NCBI GenBank assembly: GCA_963719315.1 | Contig: CAVRBU010000001.1 | Coordinates: 160,001-224,000 of the forward strand | From: an uncultured Planctomycetota bacterium | Lineage (GTDB): Bacteria; Planctomycetota; Planctomycetia; Pirellulales; Lacipirellulaceae | Reading direction: 5' to 3' | DNA: 64,000 nt | Shown: positions 31,026 to 42,139 of the stretch, in pieces | Numbering within the stretch: the stretch's first letter is position 1 | Layout: each line of letters opens with the position of its first letter | Program-made: the position numbers and the translations under genes | Notes under the pieces: model-generated | What the model was told of the DNA's origin: nothing | Seen by the model: only the letters and a program-made list of their open reading frames with translations | Database searches by the model: none

Positions 31026-34010
31026 TCAGTTCAGTTCATCAAGTGAGTCGAACAGCCCGTCCAACATCTTGAATTCAAAGCTCTCGGCATTGGTCGAAAG
31101 GGACGCAACTGCGACTTCGTCGAAGCCATGTATGTCTTTCGTCAAGGCTTTGGAAGCATATTCTTCCCACGCAAGATTGTCCTGAGACGAAGTAGTCGCG
31201 AAATTGTTTATCCAGGCGCGATCGAATCCACCGAGTCCGTGTGCGATATTGCGTTCGAAGCCGATGGCCGTGTTACTGAAGCCCGCGCCGGAAATCTGCG
31301 CTTGGTTGACTCCAAACCGATATTCGTCTGCGCCCCTGGAACCATATTGCCGGGTTACGTCATTACCGGTCGATGAATGGCCGATTGTGGAATCGAATCC
31401 ATACACGGCATTCTTATATCCGGTGCCAGACATGATCGCGCGGTTCGAATAACTCTTGAACACGTCGTCGCCGGCCGAATCGTATAGGTTCGCGGTGTCG
31501 GTTCCGTTGCTCGCGTAGGCATAGGTCTTGTCGAAACCGCTGGCGGTGTTGCTGTAGCCGGCGCCACTCATCACGGCGTGGTCGACGTAGGCGTTGTACG
31601 TATCGTCGTCGGCCGAATCGTACAGGTACGCTTTGTCGGTGCCGGAAGTTGCGTGACCGTACGTGATATCGAACCAACTCGCAGCAAGTAAGTAACCAGA
31701 GCCTTTCATTTCGACATGATCTGCATACGCGCGGTAGGTGTCTTTTCGGGCCGTATCGTAAAGTTGCGCCGTATCCGAGCCAGCCGATGCAAAGGCCGCG
31801 ACGTTGGAGAACCCATTCGCGACGTGGTAGTAGCCGCTGCCGGACATCGCCGCTCCCCAATTGTACGCTTCCAGCAAATCGTTGCCGGACGAGTCGTAAA
31901 TCTGCACCGCATCTTTGCCACCGCCGCTGTTGAGCGTAACGACCTCCATTCCATACGCATAGGCGGTGATGCCGACACCCGAGAGGCTTGCATAACCGAC
32001 CTGCAGCACAGCGGTTTCCTTCTTCGTGCTGCCGGTCATCGTAATCGAGTCGGCGCCGGCGCCGCCATAGAACAAGATCGAAGTAACAGCCTTCTTGGCG
32101 AATTGGTAAGTCGTGCCGTTGACGCTGAACGTGTGTTGGGTGGCGCCGATCGAGTAGGAAAACGCATCGTCCGCCGATGTACCACCGACAATTACTGCTG
32201 AGCCAGATGTGGAAACGAGATTGGTGATACGAAGATCGATGTCGGAATTCGTGCCGGCGACTCGGAGGAAGTATTCGGTGCCGGCGTTAACCCACACATC
32301 AGCCCGTTCGCCAAAACCGTACGCGAGCCCGCCCGATACAAGTTGCCGGCTGCTGTTGTACAGGCCGATGTCGACGTAGCCGCCAGCAGCCGAGAACAAG
32401 GCTTCGGCCGTGAGGTAGCCCGACTGGCTGGTCTGCATTCGATACCAGGTATCGCCCGCGTTGGCCACATTATTTGTTTGTCGTTGCGTGACCGTGCCCC
32501 AATCGATGTATGTGAAAGGGGTGACGGCATTGATCGCGAGATCGTAACGGCCGATGCCGCTGCTCGTCGAAAGACCGATCGAGTACGTTTGCCCGGTGAC
32601 GACGTTGAACGTATAAGTCTCGCCGTTCGCGCCGCTCACCGCGCCACCGGTGGCGTTCCACACGGCTGCCAATTGATCGTAGGTGGTGACCGTGAACGAC
32701 ACGGTGCCACTGTTGGCGGCGGTGAATCGGAAATAATCGGAGTCGCTCGTTTGGCCGATAAAACCGTGAATCTGACTCGTGCCATCGAGTTGGCCAAGGT
32801 TTTCGGCTGTCGCCACCGACGATCCGAAGTCGTCGGTCATCAACGAGTCGATCGCATTCGCTAGATTGATTCGGCTGTAGTTCTGGTCGGTCGCCGCGTC
32901 GTAGATCGAGGTGGCGGTTGCCATCATCTGGTTGTAGATCGTATCCTGTGCGATGTTTGTGTAACCTACGAATTGCATGGCCTCGCGTATCAGCACGCTT
33001 GCGCCGGCGATGTACGGAGCGGCCATGCTGGTGCCGGACATGGTCGCATAGTCGTCGGCGATACCGTTGTGATTGCCGGCGTAATCGGGGACCGAACTCG
33101 AAATGTTTCGTCCCGGCGCTGCGATCGCCCGCGATTGCCGTTGGCTGAAGTAGCTGAGCGCGCCGTTGTCGTCGATCGACATAACGGGCACAACATATGG
33201 GCTCGCGGCGGGATAACTCAGACCGGGCGAATTGTACGATGTGAAGCTGTTGCCGGCCGAGACAGCCACGAATATTCCGTCCGCATGAAGTTGTGCGAAC
33301 TCGTCTTCCAGCGTCGTCCAGTTGGGCACGGTCGTGCTATTCCATGACGTGCCAAGCGACAAGTTCACGGTGGTGATCGGATTCTCGAAGGAATTGCGAT
33401 TCTGGTGCACCCATTGGAGGGCGCTCTCGACCCAACTGAAGTAGCCCTGCCCGGCGTCGTTGAAGACGCGTAATCCAACGAAATCGACGCCCGGTGCGAC
33501 ACCGTCGTCGACCGTGCCAGGACGGTCGCCGCCCACAATGCCGGAGACATGTGTGCCATGCGAGCCATAAAGGCCGTCGTCGTACGGATCGGCATCACTT
33601 TCCGCGAAATCCCAACCTCCGACCACACGATAGCTCGTGCCCAATCCGCCACCGAGTGCAACATGGTCCCAAGCGATACCGCTGTCGATGATTGCGACGG
33701 TCTGGCCGGTGCCGATGAATCCGTAGTTGCTGCGGACCTGCGACAGGCCGGTGAGCGCGTCGGCGTTAGCGACCATCTGGTCGAGATCGCCGCCAATAGC
33801 ACCAAGACCGCGTTCGATTGTCGGATCGATCCAGAAATCGGGCTCGCTCAATTCGTGCTGAACCAGGGCGGGTGTTTCGACGAAGTCGTGCGGTTGAACC
33901 GAGCCACCCAACAATGGCGCAACGGGATCGGCCGACATCATGCGGCGATCTTCCAGGCACTCGATCGTGCGAGTACGCGTTTTGATTTTGCGTGCATTCC
34001 TTGCAGACAT
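31026..34010 (-). CDS. Secreted S8 (subtilase) serine protease with Planctomycete extracellular N-terminal motif, PPC-like domains and C-terminal repeats
   Basis: IECLEDRRMMSA; catalytic motifs IIDSG, HGTHVSG, SAGN, SGTSMAAP; repeated A.MSG.GY...A.GF / D.A.LYDS.GDD units. Confidence 0.9.
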   Translation of the reverse strand: MSARNARKIKTRTRTIECLEDRRMMSADPVAPLLGGSVQPHDFVETPALVQHELSEPDFWIDPTIERGLGAIGGDLDQMVANADALTGLSQVRSNYGFIGTGQTVAIIDSGIAWDHVALGGGLGTSYRVVGGWDFAESDADPYDDGLYGSHGTHVSGIVGGDRPGTVDDGVAPGVDFVGLRVFNDAGQGYFSWVESALQWVHQNRNSFENPITTVNLSLGTSWNSTTVPNWTTLEDEFAQLHADGIFVAVSAGNSFTSYNSPGLSYPAASPYVVPVMSIDDNGALSYFSQRQSRAIAAPGRNISSSVPDYAGNHNGIADDYATMSGTSMAAPYIAGASVLIREAMQFVGYTNIAQDTIYNQMMATATSIYDAATDQNYSRINLANAIDSLMTDDFGSSVATAENLGQLDGTSQIHGFIGQTSDSDYFRFTAANSGTVSFTVTTYDQLAAVWNATGGAVSGANGETYTFNVVTGQTYSIGLSTSSGIGRYDLAINAVTPFTYIDWGTVTQRQTNNVANAGDTWYRMQTSQSGYLTAEALFSAAGGYVDIGLYNSSRQLVSGGLAYGFGERADVWVNAGTEYFLRVAGTNSDIDLRITNLVSTSGSAVIVGGTSADDAFSYSIGATQHTFSVNGTTYQFAKKAVTSILFYGGAGADSITMTGSTKKETAVLQVGYASLSGVGITAYAYGMEVVTLNSGGGKDAVQIYDSSGNDLLEAYNWGAAMSGSGYYHVANGFSNVAAFASAGSDTAQLYDTARKDTYRAYADHVEMKGSGYLLAASWFDITYGHATSGTDKAYLYDSADDDTYNAYVDHAVMSGAGYSNTASGFDKTYAYASNGTDTANLYDSAGDDVFKSYSNRAIMSGTGYKNAVYGFDSTIGHSSTGNDVTRQYGSRGADEYRFGVNQAQISGAGFSNTAIGFERNIAHGLGGFDRAWINNFATTSSQDNLAWEEYASKALTKDIHGFDEVAVASLSTNAESFEFKMLDGLFDSLDELN

Positions 34011-34374
34011 GCGACGCGTGCCTCATTGCCGCGCGGGACTTGCCGTTCGGGAAGGCTGGCGCACGCGACGTACTGGATGAGAAAATGGACTCGACCGATG
34101 AGGAGGCCGGTCTGCCCGAGACAAGATACGTGAGTTGCCGAACGGCTCTTGGCGCTCGACAAATAAAGCCTAGGTCACTGTGAGCGCAATCGTGCAACAT
34201 TGGACAAAGTGTCTGGAGGAGCATTTTGGCGGGTGTTGAGATTCGACAACGCGGGGCTAAGCGAGTTGTTATATGGCAACATGGAATCGGAGGCTGTTGC
34301 ATGGCTACGGCATGCCGACCCGGCACCGCACAAAACCGTGTGCCGTATGCCCGATGCCTGCTACACTGGGGAGC

Positions 34375-35706
34375 ATGAGGCTGCTTATCAAAAACGCGAG
34401 AGTCGTTTTGCCAGGTGGAATAGAGTCCGTCTCGGTCATCATTGAAGATACGCGCATCGCCGAGATTGGTCCGGCCGTGCAGGTGCAGGTGGATGATGTC
34501 GTCGACGCGGCAGGCCTTCATCTTTTGCCGGGCGTCATCGACGACCAGGTTCATTTCCGCGAGCCGGGTCTCACGCACAAAGAGGATCTGGCCACGGCTA
34601 GCCGGGCGTGTGCCAAGGGGGGCATCACCACGTTTTTGGAGATGCCGAACACCGTGCCGGCGGCGACGACGCAGGCCCGGTTGGAAGAAAAACTCGCGCT
34701 GGCAGCACAGAAATCGCTCGTCAATTTTGGGTTCTATATCGGCGCCACGGCCGACAACCTCGCGGAACTTAAGCAAGCCCATCGCACGCCTGGCATCAAG
34801 ATTTTTATTGGCTCAAGTACCGGGGACTTGCTGGTTGATGAGCAGGAGGCGTTGGAGCGGATATTCGCCGAGACGACGCTGCCCATCACCGCCCATTGTG
34901 AAGACGAATCCACCGTACTAGCGAATGCGGCAAAGTTTGCTGGCACGCACGACGTGGCCGACCACTCGCGAATCCGCGATCACCGAGCGGCCTTGATCGC
35001 CACGCGGCGGGCGATGGATTTGGCGTTCCGTCACCGACATCGATTTCACGTGCTGCATGTTTCGACGGGCGCCGAGACGGGACTGCTTGCCGATCGTCAC
35101 GGGCTCATCACGGGCGAAGTCTGTCCGCATCATTTATTGTTTAGTGTTGAGGACTACGCGCGTCTGGGGACGCTCGTGCAGATGAACCCGTCGCTGAAAA
35201 CTAGAGAGGACAATAATCAACTGTGGCAAGCGCTCGCCGACGGTCGACTGCAAGTCATCGCTACCGACCATGCCCCGCACACGTTGGAAGAAAAGCAGCG
35301 GCCCTACCCTGCTTCGCCCTCGGGGGTGCCGGCCGTCGAAAATTCGTTGGCGCTCATGTTGAATGAAGTTCACCGCGGTCGCTGTAAGTTGGAACAAGTC
35401 GTGCGTTGGATGTGCGATGCGCCGGCCCGCGTGTGGGACATCGTCGGCAAAGGCCGGATAGAAGTTGGGTATGATGCCGATCTCGTGCTCGTCGATTTGG
35501 AGCGATCGCACGAAATTCGCAATGAAGAGCAGGTCGCAAAGTGTGGCTGGAGCCCCTGGCACGGCGAACGTCTTACGGGCTGGCCAGTAAGGACTTGGGT
35601 AATGGGGCACGAAGTATACAATGGCGGCCAATTCAACGCGGATCACCGCGGCCAGGAAGCCCGCTTCGACCACGCCCGCGGCGGCTATTGGGCGACAACC
35701 CCGTAG
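34375..35706 (+). CDS. pyrC: Dihydroorotase (amidohydrolase superfamily)
   Basis: [45 protein letters not shown]. Confidence 0.85.
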   Translation: MRLLIKNARVVLPGGIESVSVIIEDTRIAEIGPAVQVQVDDVVDAAGLHLLPGVIDDQVHFREPGLTHKEDLATASRACAKGGITTFLEMPNTVPAATTQARLEEKLALAAQKSLVNFGFYIGATADNLAELKQAHRTPGIKIFIGSSTGDLLVDEQEALERIFAETTLPITAHCEDESTVLANAAKFAGTHDVADHSRIRDHRAALIATRRAMDLAFRHRHRFHVLHVSTGAETGLLADRHGLITGEVCPHHLLFSVEDYARLGTLVQMNPSLKTREDNNQLWQALADGRLQVIATDHAPHTLEEKQRPYPASPSGVPAVENSLALMLNEVHRGRCKLEQVVRWMCDAPARVWDIVGKGRIEVGYDADLVLVDLERSHEIRNEEQVAKCGWSPWHGERLTGWPVRTWVMGHEVYNGGQFNADHRGQEARFDHARGGYWATTP

Positions 35707-35768
35707 CTAAAGTCGCACGGCTTCAGCCGACGACCCATCATAGTCGGAATTCTTGCGAATTCCGCTAC
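35703..35768. repeat. Inverted pair of GTAG-type REP palindromes
   Basis: GTAGCTAAAGTCGCACGGCTTCAG on + and GTAGCGGAATTCGCAAGAATTCCG on -. Confidence 0.6.
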
Positions 35769-35775
35769 GGATGCC

Positions 35776-36351
35776 ATGCTTCATCTTCAATGTGAAACAC
35801 CGGCTCGCTGGCTTGAGCAAGTGGATGCCGACTTGCCGGCGATCCTCATCGATCACGCGCACTGCGAAAAAAAGGCCGCCGGCACAGCGCTGAATCTCAT
35901 CTTCGCCTACGTGGAAAACATCGAGTTATGCCGGGCAATGACGGAGATCGTGAACGAAGAGCTGGAGCACTTTCACATGGTGCTCGACCTGCTGGCGAAG
36001 CGCGGCATTCGTTTCCGGCGGTTGACGCCATCCACTTACGGGCGCGAATTGAACGATCTGGTGCGGAAGCAGGAGCCGCAACGAGCAGTTGATCGATTGT
36101 TGGTGGCTGGGTTGATCGAAGCCCGATCCTGCGAGCGATTTCATGTGCTGTCGGAGCATGTGCAGGATGCGGAGCTGGCGGAGTTCTATCATTCGCTATT
36201 CGAGTCCGAGGCCCGACATCACACGACATACACTCGGTTGGCGAAAGACTTCGCGCCGGAAGAAGTGGTCATGGCCAGACTGGACGAGCTCGCTGCTGCC
36301 GAAGCGGCGATCGTCGTTCGTGGCGATGAGTTGCCGCGGATGCATAGTTAG
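35776..36351 (+). CDS. miaE: tRNA-(ms2io6A) hydroxylase
   Basis: DHAHCEKKAA, EELEHF, LIEARSCERF, SEARH (di-iron ligands). Confidence 0.9.
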   Translation: MLHLQCETPARWLEQVDADLPAILIDHAHCEKKAAGTALNLIFAYVENIELCRAMTEIVNEELEHFHMVLDLLAKRGIRFRRLTPSTYGRELNDLVRKQEPQRAVDRLLVAGLIEARSCERFHVLSEHVQDAELAEFYHSLFESEARHHTTYTRLAKDFAPEEVVMARLDELAAAEAAIVVRGDELPRMHS

Positions 36352-36418
36352 GAGCGAGTTGCAAGGATCGAAGTGCGAGAAACAGTTGGCTTCTTACTCG
36401 CTCCTCGATCCTCGCATC
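36352..36418. repeat. Inverted pair of heptamer arrays between convergent genes
   Basis: GAGCGAG TTGCAAG GATCGAA GTGCGAG ... CTCGCTC CTCGATC CTCGCAT. Confidence 0.6.
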
Positions 36419-36432
36419 TTATTTTGCTCGAT

Positions 36433-36996
36433 TCACCATCCTGGCCCATTAATATCGATGTCGCCGGTTGGCCAGTTGCCGGTGCTGGGGTAACGCATGG
36501 TGACGGGATCCCAGAAGGGGTTGGCCGTGGGATCGGCGGCTGTTGAATTGAAAAGGCGATTGCTAGTCGCGACGGCGCCCAACTTCTCGTAAAACGGTCG
36601 GACTTCGTTGCGTGTTTGAAATAGTGCAAACGGGTACGTACCATCATCCACGAGCTTGAATGCGGACTCGACGACTGCTTGTCCAAGCTTGCGCCCGCGA
36701 ACAGCCGGGTCGGTGCACACGCGGCATAGCGCGAGGATCGTTAGGTTGCCGGCGGATGTGGAGAGCGTTCTGGGGTCGGCCTGCGCGTGTGCGATCACAC
36801 GGCCGTTCTCGCGTACGAGGAAAGAGCGCGGGAATTGATTCTCCGGGCCGCCGTAATACTTCCACTGGGTTAGAATATCCGCGCTGCGCGACTCGACCGT
36901 CCGGCCGGGCTTGGGCCAAATGGCGATCAAAAGCTCGGCGATAGCCCGGGCGTCGGACTCACGAATTGTTCGATGGTCTAAGGTTTCGATTTGCAT
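36433..36996 (-). CDS. GNAT family N-acetyltransferase
   Basis: VCTDPAVRGRKLG (motif A), FYEKLG. Confidence 0.85.
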   Translation of the reverse strand: MQIETLDHRTIRESDARAIAELLIAIWPKPGRTVESRSADILTQWKYYGGPENQFPRSFLVRENGRVIAHAQADPRTLSTSAGNLTILALCRVCTDPAVRGRKLGQAVVESAFKLVDDGTYPFALFQTRNEVRPFYEKLGAVATSNRLFNSTAADPTANPFWDPVTMRYPSTGNWPTGDIDINGPGW

Positions 36997-37098
36997 TCGA
37001 CCTTCCCAATGATTGAATCGAAGGACTTGCTTGAGTTTTGACTGCAGTTTGCGTATCGTAATGTTTCAATTGCGACCACGATACCCGGAGCTATTTTC

Positions 37099-37893
37099 AT
37101 GGCAAATCAAATTGAATCGAGTGGACTGAAACCGAGCCGTCGCGACTTTACACGGGCAGGCGTAGGCTTGGGTGTCGTCGGGTGGACGGCGCTCGGTGCC
37201 GTCGATCGTCTACTTGGCGCTGAGGCAACCGCGCCCGTTGAGGCGGCTGAGTCACTCATCAAACCGGGCGACACGATTCTGTTCCAGGGCGATTCGATTA
37301 CCGACGCGGGCCGCAAACGTGGGATCGCGGCGGCCAATTCGGCGCCCGCGCTCGGTGCTGGTTATGCCTGGTTCGCGGCAAGCCAGATGTTGGTCGATTC
37401 GCCGAACGCCGATCTGAAGATTTTCAATCGCGGCATCAGCGGGAACAAGGTCTATCAATTGGCCGACCGTTGGCAGGCTGATTGCCTCGATTTGAAGCCC
37501 GATGTGCTGAGTATTCTCATCGGCGTCAACGATTTCGCGCACATGCTCAAGGGGGACTTCAAAGGCACGCTCAAAACTTACGAGAGCGACTACCGGGCGC
37601 TTATCAAACGCACGAAGGACGCATTGCCCGACGTGCGGCTGATCATCTGCGAGCCGTTCGTACTGAAAGCCGGGGCAGTGAACGAAAAGTGGTTTCCCGG
37701 TTACGACGGATATCGCGCGGCCGCTCTCCGGATTGCGGACGAAGTGCAGGCACGGTTCGTGCCATTTCAAACAATGTTTGACATTGCCTCAAAGGTGGCG
37801 CCGCCCGCGACCTGGTCGGCCGACGGCGTGCACCCGACTGTCAGCGGCGCCGCTCTGATGGCTCACTGGTGGATGAAAACGGCTGGGGCGTGA
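37099..37893 (+). CDS. SGNH/GDSL hydrolase with Tat signal peptide
   Basis: SRRDF Tat motif; FQGDSITD, NRGISG, GVND, DGVHP. Confidence 0.9.
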   Translation: MANQIESSGLKPSRRDFTRAGVGLGVVGWTALGAVDRLLGAEATAPVEAAESLIKPGDTILFQGDSITDAGRKRGIAAANSAPALGAGYAWFAASQMLVDSPNADLKIFNRGISGNKVYQLADRWQADCLDLKPDVLSILIGVNDFAHMLKGDFKGTLKTYESDYRALIKRTKDALPDVRLIICEPFVLKAGAVNEKWFPGYDGYRAAALRIADEVQARFVPFQTMFDIASKVAPPATWSADGVHPTVSGAALMAHWWMKTAGA

Positions 37894-38665
37894 ATTCGGC
37901 GAGTTTTGTACGACGCTTTTTGGATGGAAAGTACAAAAGTATCGCGATACCACTTGATTTCCAGAGGATGCCACAAGTTTTGACATTGCATGACCGCGTC
38001 GCATTCTAGTAACTCGTTGCGGCGCATAGAGATATTTTTTGTATGCGATTCGTGGGTCCCATGTTTTGCGTACAAAAGTCCCAGGTATTGTACGAGGTCG
38101 CTTCAAGGAAGCCTGCACCGGAGGTTGAATGCTGCGCTACGTCGTGCAAAAGTCGAGGAGTTTCCATTCATTGTTGCACGTTGTTGGGTGCAAGGCGGTC
38201 GCGCGAAATTGGCATCACGATCCAAATGACTTAAAACCAGACATTTGCAGTGCGACTTTTCCCGCGGCTGTTGAGTAGATAAGAGCCGCACAACAATCGT
38301 ACGCCATGCTGCGACTGAACGCCCGCTTCGGCGCACGCCTCCGCGGCGACGACAGGATTGTCGCCAATTCGACGATTAGGTTGTCAAAGAACAGGCCCTG
38401 GCTCGATGTAGTGTGAGGGGGCTTCAGGGCTTTGCCCACCAAGTCTTGGTAGGTCCTTCCTGCGGAATGGACCCGAACGAATTCAAAAGGTTGCAAAGCA
38501 AAGTCAGGTCCCGCTCGGCAAGCGGGACCCACTCGCAGCGAATCACCTTAGCACAGGCGTTGGCACAATTTCTAGAAGCATTTTTTGGAATCGGGATCTA
38601 AGAGAATAGTAGAACCCAATGTTGGTGCGAGGCGTTCCGCGACTGGCGGTCGCGACTTTTATGGG

Positions 38666-39727
38666 TTAGAGTGCTTCCGCGACCAAATCGCCCACTTGGC
38701 TTGTGGTGTAACCCATCTTTCCCGCAGCTTGCGACTTCATTTTCGAGCCGGTCACTTTTTGAATAGCGTCCATCACGCGTGCCGCCGCATAGGGTTCGCC
38801 GAGTTGGTCGAGCAGCATGCTGACGGCGTTGATGGCGGCGATCGGGTTGATTTTGCCGGTGCCGGTGTACTTCGGAGCGCTGCCACCCATCGGTTCGAAC
38901 ATGCTCACGCCTTCCGGGTTGATGTTGCCACCGGCGGCGACGCCCATGCCGCCTTGGATGATGCCGGAGAGGTCGGTGATGATGTCGCCGAACATGTTGG
39001 TCGTGACGATCACGTCGTAGAACTCGGGATTCTTCACGATCCACATGCAGCAGGCGTCGACGTGGTTGTAGTCGGTCTCGACATCGGGGTATTCGGTGGC
39101 CACTTCTTGGAATGTGCGCCACCACAGGTCGTGGCTCAGAATCACGTTCGTCTTGGCGACGAGCGTGAGCTTCTTGCCCTTCGGATTGTTTCGCTTGCGG
39201 GTCAGTTCGAAGGCGTAGCGGACGCAGCGCTCACAGCCGCGGCGGGTGTAGAGAGCCGTCTGCGTGGCGACCTCGTGCGGCGTGCCCTTGTGCATGAAGC
39301 CCTGAACGCCGCAGTAGAGGTCCTCGGTATTCTCGCGGACGACGATGAAGTCGATGTCTGCCGGCCCTTTGTCCTTCAGTGGAGATTCGACACCGGGGAA
39401 TAGTTTGACCGGACGCAGATTGATGTACTGATCTAGTCCGAATCGCAAATCGAGTAGCAGCTTGCGCTCGAGAATGCCGGGGGCGACATCGGGGTGGCCG
39501 ACGGCGCCAAGCAGGATGGCGTCGAACTTGCGGAGTTGGTCGAGGTTGTCGGCCGGCAGAACTTCGCCGGTTTTGAGATAACGGTTGCCGCCCCAGTCGA
39601 GATGCGTCAATTCGAATTGAATCATTTCCAGTTTCGCGACCGCTTGCAGGACTTTGACGCCCTCGGCGGCGACTTCAGGTCCGGTGCCATCGCCGCCGAT
39701 AACGGCGATTTTGCGCGTATTGCTCAT
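38666..39727 (-). CDS. leuB: 3-isopropylmalate dehydrogenase
   Basis: GDGTGPEV, NLRP, RENTED, NMFGDIITDL, GGSAP, NPIAAI. Confidence 0.88.
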   Translation of the reverse strand: MSNTRKIAVIGGDGTGPEVAAEGVKVLQAVAKLEMIQFELTHLDWGGNRYLKTGEVLPADNLDQLRKFDAILLGAVGHPDVAPGILERKLLLDLRFGLDQYINLRPVKLFPGVESPLKDKGPADIDFIVVRENTEDLYCGVQGFMHKGTPHEVATQTALYTRRGCERCVRYAFELTRKRNNPKGKKLTLVAKTNVILSHDLWWRTFQEVATEYPDVETDYNHVDACCMWIVKNPEFYDVIVTTNMFGDIITDLSGIIQGGMGVAAGGNINPEGVSMFEPMGGSAPKYTGTGKINPIAAINAVSMLLDQLGEPYAAARVMDAIQKVTGSKMKSQAAGKMGYTTSQVGDLVAEAL

Positions 39728-39766
39728 GACGAATCTACATCCTCTCGGAGTTGCGTAATCTATTAT

Positions 39767-39829
39767 TCACCACGAGGCACGGAGGACACGCAGAGGTATT
39801 AGGCTTCGTGTTCATTGTGTCTTTGTGGC
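39767..39829. repeat. Inverted pair of ~9-mer purine/pyrimidine arrays
   Basis: CACCACGAGGCACGGAGGACACGCAGAG ... CTTCGTGTTCATTGTGTCTTTGTGG. Confidence 0.65.
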
Positions 39830-39951
39830 TACGTTTCGGAATATCAGGAGTCGAACACCCGATTTTAGCAGACGAGTACGGGCAGATGTAGGGTCTGCTC
39901 ACGTGGTTGCGTCGCTCCGAGACACGGGTTGCGAGTTTCGGAGAAACTCGC

Positions 39952-41141
39952 CTACGTGGGAACGCGGCGAGCAAGAATAGCGGTGGGTCGGCCAGCGACT
40001 TGGACGATGAGGAGCGTGGCGGCGTTTAGACCGCGAAGTTCTAGGTCGCGGCGGAGTTTTTCGGGGTCGATCTCGACACCGCGTTTTTTGATTTCAAGCT
40101 TGCCGATATTATGTGAGCGCAAGTGATCTGCCAATGTGCGGACGCGGAGGGGGAGCACGTCATCGATCTCGAAACAAGCGAGGGCTGCGTCGTCGATTGC
40201 TTGCGGGCCTGTAAGGTAGGTTGGGCCGGCGCCCAGGGCTGCGAGGTTGTGCTCGGTGGCGAGCGTGCCGGTCAGGCGCGCGGCTGAAATGGCAGGGTCG
40301 ATATCGTAGACGAAGCGGTCAGGACGTTGGACGAGCGGGATGGGTTGGTTTGCTTTGCCAATGATGGTGCGGGGCGCTGAGCCGCGAGCGGCAGGGGAGG
40401 ACAGCAATATCGTTGCCCGGTGTTGGTTGGGTGCTTTGGCCAGGTTTCCGTGCCAGGCGACGAGTTGTTTGCATTCGTGGTCGCGGCTGATCCATTCGAA
40501 CTCACATCGTTTGAGCCACGAACCGGGCGGCTTGGTTGCAGGGGCGAGTTTGATGGCTGCGTGTGGCACACGAGCCAGTAGTTGTTCGATCGCTTGGAGA
40601 TTTGGTTCGCACCATTCGAGCGAAGTGGTACGGCGACCGGTTGGTCGACGGTCGGGGTCGATGTGCCAGGCATCGACGCCGTCGAAGCTGAAATCGGTGA
40701 CGTCGAGGGTGGTGACCGGAACGCCGGAATTTATTGCTGCGAAGTGGGCGGCGACACGATTGCGGTCGATGCCGAAGGTTGTTCCGCATAGTGCGAGCGC
40801 CATTAAGTCGCCGCCGATGCCGCAGCAGAGGTCGGCGAGGCCCATGGTGGACAGGGATGCAAAACGGACGGCTTTGTAGGCGCAACCCATTCGTCGGTGG
40901 CTTGTTCGAGGCCGAGGCGGGTGAAAAACATTCGTTCGGGCTGGGTAAACTTTGCGGCCGCGCGGTGACGTAGTTCGACCTGTTCGAGCAGGAGGTGGGT
41001 TTGTGCGGGCGAAAGGGCCGCGCGAAGGCGGGCGACGGACGTGTGGAGCGGGCCGGTTTCTTCGGCAAGCTCGGCGAGAAGCGCGCCAGTCGCGTCGCCC
41101 GTTAACCACTCGATATCGGCAAGCTCGCTGCAAAGAGTCAT
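39952..41141 (-). CDS. SAM-dependent methyltransferase with THUMP-like C-terminus (frameshift ~40882)
   Basis: LRHRAAAKF..FFTRLGLEQAT, DLCCGIGGD, DPDRR, IKLAP, LEIKKRGV. Confidence 0.8.
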
Positions 41142-41269
41142 TTTAGCGTGTGGGCAATGCGGTGGTCGTTGGATCGCCGAAAACGGTGATGGAGGAATCT
41201 GTGAAACAGGCATCAGTGCCTGGCGCGATTAACAAGGAGCGGGTCAGGGTAAACCCTGACGTACATGAC

Positions 41270-42103
41270 ATGGCATCTCGACCACTGATCATAGCAACTC
41301 TGGTTGGTGCGTCGGTAGGCGTGCCTTACTACGCCTCGCATTCGCAGCACTGGCAGAATGCGACGGGCAGCACGGGGATCAAGCCGGCAGCATCACCCGC
41401 GGCCCCGCTTGCGTTATCGCCAACGCCTGGCACCGTGACATTTGCGAACACTGCGATGCGGCTCGACGGCGCCCAGTTTACATCCTTCACGCAGGTACTG
41501 CGGTTCGACGTGACAAAGGAGTGGGTCTATCAGAATTGGTCGCGCAAGACGACGGGTCCGACGGATGTCGGCTTATTTAGCATCCGTGTGCCGTTAGTAA
41601 TGGGAACGCAAATGACGGCTCTGGCCGGTTCGCTGACCTACTTTTTCAACGCCCAGGGGCAGGTGGAGCACATTTCGTTTCATGGGCGCACGGGCGATGC
41701 TACGCAGCTCGTTCAATGGCTAGCTCGTTACTATCAATTTCAGCCCGTGCAAGCCGCGACGGGCGAGCAGGTGTTTCAGGTACGGAGCGGCGATGGCGTG
41801 CAAAGTGAGCTGCGGACGCAGCCGGAGCCGGTGATGAAGTCCAGCGCACCGCAGCAGAGCATTGCCGTGGAATTGGAATTTGCGCGGCCAGGGTCGCAAC
41901 GATTGCTGCCGCCGCGGGGACCGGTCCTCCAGATTCCACAGATTGCGTCGCCAGCGGTGGAGGCGACACCGCCCACCTCCGGTTCCACGACGGAAGGCAT
42001 GAGCGCAGCGGTGAAATCGGCGGCCAGTAATTATTGGGAGCAGGTCCGATACGCAACGCCCGATGAGGAAGGCCAGGCCTTTTTGAGGCGCTGGCCCGAT
42101 TGA
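41270..42103 (+). CDS. Planctomycete conserved hypothetical protein (resembles DUF6690)
   Basis: N-terminal hydrophobic segment ending VGVPY; FDVTKEWV..W, RVPLVMGT...LAGSLTYFF, F.G.TGD; family recalled, not searched. Confidence 0.6.
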   Translation: MASRPLIIATLVGASVGVPYYASHSQHWQNATGSTGIKPAASPAAPLALSPTPGTVTFANTAMRLDGAQFTSFTQVLRFDVTKEWVYQNWSRKTTGPTDVGLFSIRVPLVMGTQMTALAGSLTYFFNAQGQVEHISFHGRTGDATQLVQWLARYYQFQPVQAATGEQVFQVRSGDGVQSELRTQPEPVMKSSAPQQSIAVELEFARPGSQRLLPPRGPVLQIPQIASPAVEATPPTSGSTTEGMSAAVKSAASNYWEQVRYATPDEEGQAFLRRWPD

Positions 42104-42139
42104 AGTTTCGCCGTCAGATCGTTCGGCTATATTGGGCGT

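Noticed and set aside
38560..38577. Sigma54 promoter at TTGGCACAATTTCTAG
   Set aside because: Good -24 element, but no GC at the -12 position
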